Positions 1 to 8,839 are shown, counted from the stretch's first letter. The stretch: DNA of 29,094 nt from Eubacteriales bacterium (GCA_045612825.1 JAZKZU010000029.1:1-29094); one strand, 5' to 3'. Numbers and translations: made by a program. Notes: generated from the sequence alone by a model not told the origin.

Positions 1-687
1 GCTATCGTAACTCTCGCCTTCGGTGAGATCATCAAGCAGATCATCAACTGCATCTATCTGGGCCGCAGCGATGCCGGCTGGCACTTCTCCTTTATTCAGA
101 ATAAACTGCCCGAGGATGCAACCAAGATCATTAACGGTGCCATGGGCGCAACCGGCCATCCCAAGGTTTCCACCTACGTTATTGGCTTTTCGCTGATCCT
201 CTTTGCCTTGACTGTTGCGCTCAACCTGATGCGTTCCAAGCACGGCCGCGCCATCATGGCCATTCGTGACAACCGCATCGCCGCTGAAAGCATCGGTTTG
301 TCGGCCTTCAAATTCAAGCTCACCGCCTTCACCGTATCGGCCATTCTGACCGGTATGGCAGGCTCGCTCTATTCGATGAACATTGCCAGCGTTCAGGCCA
401 CCAAGTTCGACTTTAATACCTCCATCGACCTGCTGGTCTTTGTGGTATTGGGCGGCATGGGTAACATGCGCGGCTCGATCATCGCCGCCATCATTCTCAC
501 CCTGCTCCCCGAAACGCCGATGTTGCGTGGGCTGGGCGAGGCGAGAATGCTCATCTACGCCATCCTGCTTATCGGCATGATGCTGCTGACCCAGTCCAAG
601 GGCGGTAAGCGCATTGTGGCTTGGGTAGAGGACAAGACGGCGGTTGTACTGAAGAAAACCAAGAAGGAGGGCGCTGACAATGAGTAA
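1..687 (+). CDS. livM: Branched-chain amino acid ABC transporter permease (5' truncated by window edge)
   Basis: Frame is open from base 1 (AIVTLAFGEII...) and continues into ORF 142..687. LivM motifs SKHGRAIMAIRDNRIAAESIG and VVLGGMGNMRGSIIAA. Directly upstream of livG/livF. Confidence 0.93.
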   Translation, partial: AIVTLAFGEIIKQIINCIYLGRSDAGWHFSFIQNKLPEDATKIINGAMGATGHPKVSTYVIGFSLILFALTVALNLMRSKHGRAIMAIRDNRIAAESIGLSAFKFKLTAFTVSAILTGMAGSLYSMNIASVQATKFDFNTSIDLLVFVVLGGMGNMRGSIIAAIILTLLPETPMLRGLGEARMLIYAILLIGMMLLTQSKGGKRIVAWVEDKTAVVLKKTKKEGADNE

Positions 688-1510
688 TCTGATTCGTGTA
701 GACAAGAATGCTCCGCTTCTCACTCCCGATGACGCCGATCGCCAGCCCGTCCTTGAAACCCATCACTTGGGTATTGATTTTGGCGGCCTGCGTGCCGTGG
801 ACGATTTCAACATCGCCATTGGCCCGACCGAGATTGCCGGTCTGATCGGCCCGAACGGCGCCGGTAAGACCACCATCTTCAACCTGCTGACTAAGGTTTA
901 TCAGCCGACCCGAGGCACGATCCTGCTCAATCACGTGAATATCAATAACTTCTCCACCACTCAGGTCAACCAATCGGGCATTGCCCGTACCTTCCAGAAC
1001 ATCCGTCTGTTTGATAAGCTGACGGTGCTGGACAACGTACTGGTCGGCCTGTATCGGGAGCAGAAGACCTCTTTGGGCGCTTCCATCCTGCGTCTGCCTT
1101 CCTTCTGGAAGAGTGAAAGAATTGCCAAGCAGCGCGCGATGGAACTGCTCTCCATCTTCCACATGGAGGATCTGGCCGATCATCAGGCCGGCTCTCTCCC
1201 CTACGGTGCACAGCGCCGTCTGGAGATTGTCCGTGCTTTGGCCACCAATCCCTGCCTGTTGCTGTTGGATGAGCCGGCCGCCGGTATGAACCCCTCCGAA
1301 ACGGCTGAATTGATGGATAACATCCGTCAGATCCGTGACACCTTTAAGATTGCCATTCTGCTCATTGAGCATGATATGAATTTGGTCATGGGCATCTGCG
1401 ATACCATTGCCGTCTTAAACTTCGGCAAGATCATTGCCAAGGGCACGCCGGAACAGATCAAGAACGATCCGGCCGTTATTGAAGCCTATCTCGGCAAGAA
1501 GGGAGAATAA
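680..1510 (+). CDS. livG: Branched-chain amino acid ABC transporter ATP-binding protein
   Basis: Walker A GPNGAGKT, SGIARTFQNIRLF, LPYGAQRRLEIVRALA, LLLDEPAAG, LLIEHDM, C-terminal DPAVIEAYLG. Confidence 0.95.
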   Translation: MSNLIRVDKNAPLLTPDDADRQPVLETHHLGIDFGGLRAVDDFNIAIGPTEIAGLIGPNGAGKTTIFNLLTKVYQPTRGTILLNHVNINNFSTTQVNQSGIARTFQNIRLFDKLTVLDNVLVGLYREQKTSLGASILRLPSFWKSERIAKQRAMELLSIFHMEDLADHQAGSLPYGAQRRLEIVRALATNPCLLLLDEPAAGMNPSETAELMDNIRQIRDTFKIAILLIEHDMNLVMGICDTIAVLNFGKIIAKGTPEQIKNDPAVIEAYLGKKGE

Positions 1511-1512
1511 CC

Positions 1513-2220
1513 ATGAGCCTTCTCAAAGTTGAAGATATCAATGTTTATTACGGTGCGATTCACGCCATCAAGGGGGTATCCTTTGAGGTAAACGAAGGCG
1601 AGATCGTAACCTTGATTGGTGCAAACGGTGCCGGCAAATCGACGACACTGAACACCGTTTCGGGTCTGCTCCGTCCCAAGACGGGCGACATTTTGTTTGA
1701 AGGGCAGTCCATTCTCAAGAAAGCCCCCCATGTTATTGTGCGGGACGGACTGGCTCATTGCCCCGAAGGCCGCCGTGTCTTTGCGGGACTTTCGGTAGAG
1801 GAAAACCTGCAGATGGGCGCTTATACCAGACCCAACAAGGAAGAAGCCGATGCGCTGGCGTTGGTGTATGACTCCTTCCCCCGCTTAAAAGAACGCCGCC
1901 GTCAAAGCGCCGGCACCCTTTCGGGCGGTGAACAGCAGATGCTGGCCATGGGTCGTGCCATGATGTCTAAGCCTAAACTGCTCATGCTGGACGAGCCTTC
2001 GATGGGCTTAGCTCCCATTCTGGTGCAACAGATCTTTGATATGATCGTGGAGATGCACAAACAGGGCATTACCATTCTGCTGGTTGAGCAGAACGCTTCC
2101 ATGGCGCTGTCGATTGCCGACCGTGGTTACGTACTGGAAACGGGCAAGGTGGTACTGACCGATAAGGCCTCGGCCCTGCTTTCGAATGATGCGGTAAAGA
2201 ACGCCTACTTAGGCGGTTAA
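1513..2220 (+). CDS. livF: Branched-chain amino acid ABC transporter ATP-binding protein
   Basis: GANGAGKST, PEGRRVF, LSGGEQQMLAMGRA, DEPSMGLAP, LLVEQNA, ends AYLGG. Confidence 0.95.
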   Translation: MSLLKVEDINVYYGAIHAIKGVSFEVNEGEIVTLIGANGAGKSTTLNTVSGLLRPKTGDILFEGQSILKKAPHVIVRDGLAHCPEGRRVFAGLSVEENLQMGAYTRPNKEEADALALVYDSFPRLKERRRQSAGTLSGGEQQMLAMGRAMMSKPKLLMLDEPSMGLAPILVQQIFDMIVEMHKQGITILLVEQNASMALSIADRGYVLETGKVVLTDKASALLSNDAVKNAYLGG

Positions 2221-2222
2221 GT

Positions 2223-2257
2223 AAAAACGGATTTCCTATACGGGAAATCCGTTTTTT
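2223..2257 (+). terminator. Intrinsic terminator after livF (A/T tracts on both sides, so possibly bidirectional)
   Basis: AAAAACGGATTTCC-tatacg-GGAAATCCGTTTTT perfect inverted repeat 2 nt after the livF stop. Confidence 0.85.
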
Positions 2258-2332
2258 ACTTAAAAAGAAATAGTGGAAATTTGCGGAAAACTATGGTATA
2301 CTAAAAATACTAATATAAAGGCGGTAGTGATT

Positions 2333-2836
2333 TTGGGTATAGCAGAGTGGTTTATCTCCTTGGGAGAAAACTCAACGGACTTTGTAAAAGGGTTGATTAC
2401 CTTTTTTGTATCGATCCTTCCGGTAATTGAATTACGAGGAGCGATTCCCGTTGGTGTGGCGTTGGGCCTGCCCCATTTGGTCACCTTTATCATATCCTAT
2501 TTGGGCAATCTCCTGCCTGCGCCCTTTATCGTACTGTTTATCCGAAGAATTTTTGAATGGATGAAGCGCAAAAGCGGGCGGCTGGGTCGCATTGCCGAAA
2601 AATTAGAAAAACGGGCCGAAAACAAAAAAGGCACGGTGGAAAAATACAAGTTTTGGGGGCTTTTGCTCTTTGTGGCCATTCCCCTGCCCGGTACGGGGGC
2701 TTGGACGGGCGCCCTGATTGCCGGCATGATGAATATGCGCTTAAAGGACGCCATGCCCGCCATCGCCGTTGGCGTGCTCATCGCCGGCATTCTCATGACC
2801 GGCATTACGCTCGGTTTTGAGTTCTTTGTTTCGTAA
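2333..2836 (+). CDS. COG2426-type small multidrug export / membrane protein
   Basis: Family motifs SILPVIELRGAIPVG and FVAIPLPGTGAWTGALIA. Start moved from 2273 to TTG 2333 (AAGGCGG RBS 8 nt upstream); GTG 2327 is an alternative. Confidence 0.8.
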   Translation: MGIAEWFISLGENSTDFVKGLITFFVSILPVIELRGAIPVGVALGLPHLVTFIISYLGNLLPAPFIVLFIRRIFEWMKRKSGRLGRIAEKLEKRAENKKGTVEKYKFWGLLLFVAIPLPGTGAWTGALIAGMMNMRLKDAMPAIAVGVLIAGILMTGITLGFEFFVS

Positions 2837-2859
2837 TTTTTTATAGGAGTGTGATCCTT

Positions 2860-3249
2860 GTGTTTTGTAAACAATGTGGCGCAACATTAGAAGAAAATCT
2901 GAAGTTCTGTCCTGCCTGTGGCACGTCCACGGAAGAAGCTCCCGCTGAGGTTGCGGTAGCGGCGCCAGTAACGCCGACTCCCTTGCCCCGCAAAAAGACG
3001 GTAACGGCCGATCAAATTCCCGAGGAGTATCAGCCGATCTCCCCCTGGGCCTACTTTGGGTTACAGATTCTCTTTTCCATTCCCATTGTCGGGTTTATCT
3101 TCCTGATTATCTTTTCCATTAACGGCTCAAATCTCAACCGCCGTAATTTTGCCCGCTCCTACTGGTGCGGTTTGATCATCGTTGGCAGTATTCTGCTGAT
3201 TGTCCTGCTCTTTGCTCTTATCTTTACAACCGGTAAACGGGTATTCTGA
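2860..3249 (+). CDS. Zinc-ribbon domain membrane protein
   Basis: N-terminal CKQCG-x8-FCPACG ribbon, Pro/Ala-rich linker, two hydrophobic segments (WAYFGLQILFSIPIVGFIFLIIFS; YWCGLIIVGSILLIVLLFALIF). AGGAG RBS favours GTG 2860. Confidence 0.75.
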   Translation: MFCKQCGATLEENLKFCPACGTSTEEAPAEVAVAAPVTPTPLPRKKTVTADQIPEEYQPISPWAYFGLQILFSIPIVGFIFLIIFSINGSNLNRRNFARSYWCGLIIVGSILLIVLLFALIFTTGKRVF

Positions 3250-3260
3250 TTCCTACATAG

Positions 3261-3294
3261 AAAAAGGTGTTGCAGTTTCTGCAACACCTTTTTT
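3261..3294. terminator. Bidirectional intrinsic terminator between convergent genes
   Basis: AAAAAGGTGTTGCAG-ttt-CTGCAACACCTTTTT perfect inverted repeat. Confidence 0.88.
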
Positions 3295-3295
3295 A

Positions 3296-4189
3296 TTACG
3301 AAATCTCTTTCACGCCGTCGAGCGTTTGGATCTGCCACGTTTGGCGAATAACGGTTGTCCCGTCAAACCGTAACCGTCCCGTTCTGCCTTCGATCTCCTT
3401 GGGTTCTCCGCCCATGATGGCCAAAGCCACCAAATAGCCGTCATACCCGACCGACTTAGCACCGCCCTCGGCATAGATGGGATGGTACACTGCATCGGAG
3501 GTGCTGATATCCCCGCCTAAAATCGGCAACTCGGTCATTCCCGCCGCCGCATCGGCCATGGACGGGATAAACAAAACGTCGGCCTGCTCCTGCTCCATCG
3601 CCGCTACACAATCGGCCAGATTTTCCGTTGTGCCGTGGGCTTCGGCGCATATACTCTCTTTTCCGCCCGGCTCAATGAAGGCTTGGCGCATGGCCATATC
3701 ATAAGAACTGTTGCGATCACTCACCATGGCCACCCGAGTCCAGCCCTGCTCGGCAATCAAGGCCGTTAACGCCTGCGCCTGCTGGGCAATGCTCAACTCC
3801 AGAGAAAAACAGGAAACATTATCAACTTTTCCCGCCGTGGTTGTTACCATGGGGATTTGCTTTTTGGCCAGCACTTCGGCGGCGACTTGGGAAAGAGAGC
3901 TGCCCCAACTGCCAATGACGATCTGCACGCCTTGGTCGACCAAGGATTTTGCCGCCTCACGAGCGCCGTCTTCGGTGGAAAGATTATCGGCTACCACCAG
4001 TTCCACACGGGCATCGCCGAGCATGGGGTTGGCCTCCAGCGCTTCTTGGATGCCCAGATATTCCGACTGGCCGGCGGCGGCATATTCCCCGCTGAGCGGT
4101 TCGAGCACGCCGATTTTCACCGTTGGTTTCTTGGCACAGCCGGCGCACACAAGCAGCAATGTCAGTACCAGTGCCACAATCCGTTTCAT
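3296..4189 (-). CDS. LivK-like ABC substrate-binding lipoprotein (unusually short)
   Basis: Lipoprotein signal MKRIVALVLTLLLVCAGC. N-terminal KIGVLEPLSGEYAAAG and VELVVADN...IVIGSWGSS motifs typical of Peripla_BP_6/LivK. Confidence 0.75.
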   Translation of the reverse strand: MKRIVALVLTLLLVCAGCAKKPTVKIGVLEPLSGEYAAAGQSEYLGIQEALEANPMLGDARVELVVADNLSTEDGAREAAKSLVDQGVQIVIGSWGSSLSQVAAEVLAKKQIPMVTTTAGKVDNVSCFSLELSIAQQAQALTALIAEQGWTRVAMVSDRNSSYDMAMRQAFIEPGGKESICAEAHGTTENLADCVAAMEQEQADVLFIPSMADAAAGMTELPILGGDISTSDAVYHPIYAEGGAKSVGYDGYLVALAIMGGEPKEIEGRTGRLRFDGTTVIRQTWQIQTLDGVKEIS

Positions 4190-4584
4190 GCTTCCATCTC
4201 CTTTATCGCCAGAGCGATATAGTCGTTCATGGTTAATTCTTTCACCCCGACCACCCGAATCTCACAACGGTTCATGGGAATGAGGATCTTTCGGGCTGAG
4301 GCTGCGCCCACGGCCGCCGCCATGGCGGGCGTGATCTCACCCAAGAGGGCATCGGCCGTTACGATCCCGATAGGGCCTAAGATGACATCAGCCTTGCGGC
4401 AGGCAACGATGACGGGGTTTTCCCCCGTTGCGCCCTGTGCAGCGCCGGCTTTAAGCATGGCGGCGGTGGCGATGGCATTGGTGCCTACGACGGTCACGGT
4501 CGCCTGCGGGTAGTTTTCTTTTACGGCAGTCACCAAGCCGGCACCCAGCTTGCCACCCTGCCCGTCAATAATCAAAATGTCCAT
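4186..4584 (-). CDS. DUF3842 family protein
   Basis: MDILIIDGQGG...GTNAIATAAMLKAGA..GATGENPV...GPIGIV...GEITPAMA matches the DUF3842 pattern. GGAGGA RBS upstream of ATG 4584. Confidence 0.82.
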   Translation of the reverse strand: MDILIIDGQGGKLGAGLVTAVKENYPQATVTVVGTNAIATAAMLKAGAAQGATGENPVIVACRKADVILGPIGIVTADALLGEITPAMAAAVGAASARKILIPMNRCEIRVVGVKELTMNDYIALAIKEMEA

Positions 4585-4605
4585 AGTATATCCTCCGTTT
4601 CTTCT

Positions 4606-4635
4606 ATTATAAAAGGAACCGTCCCCTCTTGTCAA
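4606..4635 (-). promoter_or_regulatory. sigmaA promoter for DUF3842-LivK-like operon
   Basis: Minus strand TTGACA (4635-4630), 18-nt spacer, TATAAT (4611-4606); both hexamers are perfect consensus. Confidence 0.75.
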
Positions 4636-4657
4636 TACCTCATGCTTGTGTTACAAT
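4629..4657 (+). promoter_or_regulatory. sigmaA promoter for CDF transporter
   Basis: TTGTCA (4629-4634), 17-nt spacer, TACAAT (4652-4657) with extended -10 TG. Confidence 0.65.
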
Positions 4658-4684
4658 GGACTCAAACAAAAAGGCGGTAAAATT

Positions 4685-5857
4685 ATGGTTAATCTTTTGG
4701 CTAGATGGTTCATTCCGGATCACAAAAACTATACAGCTCCTCCCGTGCGCACGGCCTACGGCACCTTGTGCAGCGGGCTGGGCATTGCCCTGAATCTCCT
4801 GCTTTTTGCCGGAAAGTTTCTGGCGGGTACGCTATCCGGCTCGATTGCCGTGACGGCCGATGCTTTTAACAACCTGTCCGATGCCGGCTCGTCCATTATC
4901 ACCCTGATTGGTTTCAAGCTTTCTGCGCAAAAGCCCGACCGTGAGCATCCTTACGGGCATGGCCGCATTGAATATCTTACGGGGCTTGCCGTGTCCTTGC
5001 TGATTCTGCTGGCCGGATTTGAACTGCTTACCGGTTCAATTGAGAAGATTTTCCACCCCTCAACAGCCTCTCTGGATCTGCTCTCCCTTATCATTTTGTG
5101 CGCTTCCATTCTGATTAAGTTATATATGTTCTTCTATAACCGCCGGATCGCCTTACAGATTCACAGTGATGCCATGATGGCCACGGCGACCGACTGCATC
5201 AGCGATTGTCTGTCCACCGCCGTTGTGCTGGCGGCCACCGTTGTCGGCGCATTTTCAGGTCTGCCCTTAGACGGTTGGGCGGGCGCTTTGGTTTCGCTCT
5301 TTATCCTCTTTAGCGGGTTTAAGGCGGCCAAGGAAACGATTGCCCCGTTGCTGGGTCAGCCGCCCGAGCCTGAGCTTGTTTCTCAAATTGAGGAACTGGT
5401 CATGGCGCACGACGAGGTGCTGGGCATTCACGATCTGATTGTTCACAATTACGGCCCCGGACGTTGCATGGCCTCCCTGCACGCTGAGGTGGATGCCAAG
5501 GGGGACATTCTTTTACTGCACGATGCCATTGATAATATTGAAAAGCAACTGGGTCAGGAGCTTAACATCGAAGCTGTCATTCACATGGACCCCATCACTA
5601 CCGACGATGAGCAGACCGATGCCCTGCGCCGCATGGTGTCCGATATTCTCAATACGCTCAATATGCCCTTGTCCTTTCACGATTTTCGTGTGGTGCAGGG
5701 CCCGACGCATACGAATCTCATCTTTGATATTGTTGTTCCCTTTTCGGTTAAGGTCTCCGATGCCGAGATTCGCAATCACGTCTGCCAAGCCGTATCCGAG
5801 CAAGACCCCACTTTGTTCTGCGTGATTCATATTGACCGTGATTATTCCGGTCATTAA
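4685..5857 (+). CDS. Cation diffusion facilitator (FieF-like) family transporter
   Basis: SIAVTADAFNNLSD, PDREHPYGHGRIEY, AMMATATDCISD, IHDLIVHNYGPG, IHMDP. Start moved to ATG 4685 (AAGGCGG RBS). Confidence 0.92.
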   Translation: MVNLLARWFIPDHKNYTAPPVRTAYGTLCSGLGIALNLLLFAGKFLAGTLSGSIAVTADAFNNLSDAGSSIITLIGFKLSAQKPDREHPYGHGRIEYLTGLAVSLLILLAGFELLTGSIEKIFHPSTASLDLLSLIILCASILIKLYMFFYNRRIALQIHSDAMMATATDCISDCLSTAVVLAATVVGAFSGLPLDGWAGALVSLFILFSGFKAAKETIAPLLGQPPEPELVSQIEELVMAHDEVLGIHDLIVHNYGPGRCMASLHAEVDAKGDILLLHDAIDNIEKQLGQELNIEAVIHMDPITTDDEQTDALRRMVSDILNTLNMPLSFHDFRVVQGPTHTNLIFDIVVPFSVKVSDAEIRNHVCQAVSEQDPTLFCVIHIDRDYSGH

Positions 5858-5915
5858 TCAAAAACAGGAACGGTTCTTAGTTTAATCCTATCCGGCCTGT
5901 TTCTTGGCATTCTGC

Positions 5916-5947
5916 AAAAAACCACCGAGAATACTCTCGGTGGTTTT
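5916..5947. terminator. Intrinsic terminator between convergent CDF and AEC genes
   Basis: AAAACCACCGAGA-atac-TCTCGGTGGTTTT inverted repeat. Confidence 0.8.
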
Positions 5948-5982
5948 CTTAATGATAGAAACGAGTACACATATCATTCAAA

Positions 5983-6927
5983 TTACAGCACCCAATTCAT
6001 CATCAGGTAAAACATCAAGGGGATGGTTGCGCAAGAGATAATATGCGAAATAATCGAGATGCCGGCCGCTACCGAGGTGTCCTTGCCATAGGCCGCCGGC
6101 ACAACAACGGCGTTGAGCCCCAGCGGCATCGCCATCGCACAGGTACAGCAAATAACCAAAGAACGGTCGCTCGGTACCAGCATGAAAATCCCAAGGAAAA
6201 CCAAGGGAATGACAATCAACCGAATAAAGGTCACCACATACACGCTCCACATGGAGAGATTTTTCTTAATATTCATGCCTGCGACTGTAATGCCGGTCAA
6301 CAACATGGCCACGGGCGACATCCAATCCTTTACCGTCGCCACCGTCTTGTCCAGAAATCCGGGCATCTGCCACCCCGTAAGACCAATGACCATACCCACA
6401 ATCATGCAAATCATCATGGGATTGATCAGCGCCTTTATGCTGCTGCCCACCGTGCGCTTACCCTCCTGCCGAGGCACCAGCACATAGGGCACACCCCACA
6501 CATAAATCATAATCCACATCGGCAGGGTAAAAATCAGATAATCCAAGAAAAATTCGGGGAATGCGGCCGCCGCCACGGCATTTCCCATATAGCTGAAGTT
6601 GGCAAAAGCCAAACCGTAGGTATATGCCGCCCGCACCGTTTCATCCTTATCAAACAAGCGTGCCAGCGCCCAGCCCACCGCACACATCACCATGGAAATG
6701 CCAAGCCCCAGCAGGAACAACTTGCCGGCTGAAGCCAGTTTTGCGGGGGTAAAATTGGTGGCAAAGGTATAAAGCACCAATGCCGGAATGAGCAAATTGT
6801 TCTCCAACTTACCCAGCACCGCCGCCGTACCCGTCGGGATCGCCTTAACCTTGGCCAGAATTACACCAAGCGCAATCAAGCAAAACAAGAAGGCCATCTG
6901 TTCAATTGTCGCTGTTAAAATTTCCAT
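5983..6927 (-). CDS. AEC (auxin efflux carrier / membrane transport) family transporter
   Basis: About 10 hydrophobic segments with FANFSYMG, NPMMIC, SPVAMLLTG, AMPLG motifs. Start moved to ATG 6927 (AAGGAAGG RBS) because the longer ORF runs through the ppa terminator. Confidence 0.88.
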   Translation of the reverse strand: MEILTATIEQMAFLFCLIALGVILAKVKAIPTGTAAVLGKLENNLLIPALVLYTFATNFTPAKLASAGKLFLLGLGISMVMCAVGWALARLFDKDETVRAAYTYGLAFANFSYMGNAVAAAAFPEFFLDYLIFTLPMWIMIYVWGVPYVLVPRQEGKRTVGSSIKALINPMMICMIVGMVIGLTGWQMPGFLDKTVATVKDWMSPVAMLLTGITVAGMNIKKNLSMWSVYVVTFIRLIVIPLVFLGIFMLVPSDRSLVICCTCAMAMPLGLNAVVVPAAYGKDTSVAAGISIISHIISCATIPLMFYLMMNWVL

Positions 6928-6957
6928 GTGTTTTCCTTCCTTGAACGTTCTTTCTAC

Positions 6958-6986
6958 ACTATACTCCTTTTTTACCGAAAAATCAA
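6958..6986 (-). promoter_or_regulatory. sigmaA promoter for AEC transporter
   Basis: Minus strand TTGATT, 17-nt spacer, TATAGT. Confidence 0.5.
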
Positions 6987-7016
6987 TGAGGAACTGCGCT
7001 TTTTGCAGTTCCTCAT
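6986..7016 (-). terminator. Terminator hairpin after ppa
   Basis: ATGAGGAACTGC-N7-GCAGTTCCTCAT 12-bp inverted repeat 5 nt after the ppa stop. Confidence 0.7.
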
Positions 7017-7021
7017 CTTCA

Positions 7022-7552
7022 TTATTTGCAGTAATTTTCAATATAACTGTTGATAGCGGCCGCTATGATCTTCTTGGCCTCCAATGCTCCGTGGATCTCA
7101 TCCACCGTCGTTTCCTTATCCTCCAGCGTCTTGTATACGCTGAAGAAGTGGCGCATCTCCTCGAAGATATGCGAGGGCAACTCGGAAATATCGTTGTAGG
7201 TATTATAAGACGGATCATTGAAAGGAATGGCAATGATCTTCTCATCACTGCGCCCGTTATCCAGCATTGAGATCACTCCGATCGGATAACACCGCACCTC
7301 GGTGTGCGGCAAAATCGCCTCCGAACTCAAGATCAATACGTCCAGCGGATCCAAATCATCCGCATAGGTGCGAGGAATCAGACCGTAGTTGGCCGGATAA
7401 TGGGTGGAGGTGTACAGGATGCGATCCAACATCAGCATGCCCGTTTCCTTGTCCAGCTCATACTTGCACTTGCTGCCCTTCTCGATTTCCACGATAGCAA
7501 TGAAATCATCAGGCGTAATACGCTTAGGGCTCATATCATGCCAAATATTCAT
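7022..7552 (-). CDS. ppa: Soluble inorganic pyrophosphatase, family I
   Basis: EIEKGSKCKYELDK, DRIL, YPANYGLIPRT, DDLDPLDVL, DEKIIA, HFFSVYK. Confidence 0.95.
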   Translation of the reverse strand: MNIWHDMSPKRITPDDFIAIVEIEKGSKCKYELDKETGMLMLDRILYTSTHYPANYGLIPRTYADDLDPLDVLILSSEAILPHTEVRCYPIGVISMLDNGRSDEKIIAIPFNDPSYNTYNDISELPSHIFEEMRHFFSVYKTLEDKETTVDEIHGALEAKKIIAAAINSYIENYCK

Positions 7553-7582
7553 ATCGTTTCTCCTTATTCTGTTTGTGTTTCC

Positions 7583-7610
7583 AGTATATCACATCTGCCC
7601 CAAATTGCAA
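7583..7610 (-). promoter_or_regulatory. sigmaA promoter for ppa
   Basis: Minus strand TTGCAA, 16-nt spacer, TATACT with extended TG. Confidence 0.55.
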
Positions 7611-7631
7611 GCCTTCCTTCAGCGGTTTTCC

Positions 7632-8351
7632 TTATCCCAGCATCTTCTCCAACGCCGCCGTCGAGGCTTGGGGATTGCGCTGTATCAGGATCTGCATCAG
7701 CCGCTCCTTGGCCTGCTCTCGAGATAAGGCATATTCACTTTTAATAAAATCTTCACCAAAACAAGCCTCGGGCCGAGCCAAGTGCGCCACCGACCAGCCG
7801 TAGGGCTGGCCCAGCTTGTTGAGGCGCTGCTGAAATTTGCGAATGATCAGATAGGTCTTGTCCTGCAACCGAACCGTGATATTCTCATACCCCTTGTATC
7901 CGTTCTTGCCGAATCCCGCCCGCTTGCGGATCTCGGCATTGTGCCGCACCTCCCAGCCGATCGCATCCATAACGGCTCGCTCTCGCTGGGAAATCCGACC
8001 CATCTCATACAAGGTCTCAAAATCATACCCGTCCCGCCGATAGGCGCACAGCAACGGGAACAAATCGATATCCATAAATCCGGCCTTGCCGCTAAAAAAC
8101 TTGCCGTATACCACACGTGCCTCATTGGCCAGCACCTTGCGCCATTCCCACGGATCCCGTATCGGATCTTCACACCACCAGTCGTCCCGATAGGTGTTCT
8201 CCTCAATCGATAATCCCGCTACGTCCCCCGTGAAAAAGGGCACCATGCCGTGCGAAACAACATACTCGGTCGCCTGCTCGGCGGTGGATAACGCTTGCGT
8301 GGCCGTACGGGGCAGGCCGTCCATGTAGAAGATGCCCTGCTCGTAGTGCAT
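7632..8351 (-). CDS. Conserved hypothetical protein, AlkZ-related / winged-helix type
   Basis: GMVPFF...SIEE...DPWEWR...YGKFFSGKAGF...YRRDGYDF pattern recalled for the 'AlkZ-related' family. TAATG overlap with the dCMP deaminase stop. Confidence 0.6.
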   Translation of the reverse strand: MHYEQGIFYMDGLPRTATQALSTAEQATEYVVSHGMVPFFTGDVAGLSIEENTYRDDWWCEDPIRDPWEWRKVLANEARVVYGKFFSGKAGFMDIDLFPLLCAYRRDGYDFETLYEMGRISQRERAVMDAIGWEVRHNAEIRKRAGFGKNGYKGYENITVRLQDKTYLIIRKFQQRLNKLGQPYGWSVAHLARPEACFGEDFIKSEYALSREQAKERLMQILIQRNPQASTAALEKMLG

Positions 8352-8839
8352 TATTCTACCTCGAAGGAAAGAACGATCTCTTTATGCTCCGATCTAAAGG
8401 GGGTCAGCCTCACGCCAGCCGCCTCCAGCATCCGCTTGGACGCCATGGTGGAATCGGTCGTGGCATACTTATCCGACAGATAGATAACCTCCCGAATCCC
8501 CGACTGAATGATGGCCTTGGCACACTCATTACAAGGGAAAAGCGCAACATAGATGCGAGCCCCTCTCAGAGAGCGCCCCTGCGCATTGAGAATGGCGTTG
8601 AGCTCGGCATGCACCACGTAAGGATACTTGGTATCGTTAATTTCACCCGTGCGCCCCCACGGGAAGGTATCATCCGAACAACCGTAGGGAAATCCGTTGT
8701 ATCCGGTCGAGAGAATGATGTTATTTTGATCAACAATGCAGGCCCCCACCTGCGTACTGGGATCCTTGGAACGACGGGCGGCTAAAAGCGCCACTCCCAT
8801 AAAATATTCATCCCAATTCATGTAATCCGTTCGCTTCAT
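8351..8839 (-). CDS. Deoxycytidylate (dCMP) deaminase family protein
   Basis: WDEYFM, RSKDPSTQVGACI, TGYNG, Zn ligands HAE and PCNECAK. AGGAGG RBS places the start at ATG 8839. Confidence 0.92.
   Translation of the reverse strand: MKRTDYMNWDEYFMGVALLAARRSKDPSTQVGACIVDQNNIILSTGYNGFPYGCSDDTFPWGRTGEINDTKYPYVVHAELNAILNAQGRSLRGARIYVALFPCNECAKAIIQSGIREVIYLSDKYATTDSTMASKRMLEAAGVRLTPFRSEHKEIVLSFEVE

Noticed and set aside
569-1372. 267-aa antisense ORF over livG, and similar long shadow ORFs (16313..17548, 14363..15100, 15252..15983, 12383..13180, 6043..6732, 19371..20012)
   Set aside because: Each lies opposite a well-supported gene, lacks an RBS or family motif, and is expected from codon bias in GC-rich DNA.
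6942-6952. GAACGTTC palindrome upstream of the AEC gene as a LexA (Cheo) box
   Set aside because: The Bacillota SOS box needs GAAC-N4-GTTC; here there is no spacer.
6928-7041. N-terminal extension of the AEC ORF, and similar upstream extensions (27901..28977, 20703..21599, 24096..25379, 8351..8881)
   Set aside because: The extensions overlap terminators, promoters or other genes; downstream starts have clear RBSs.
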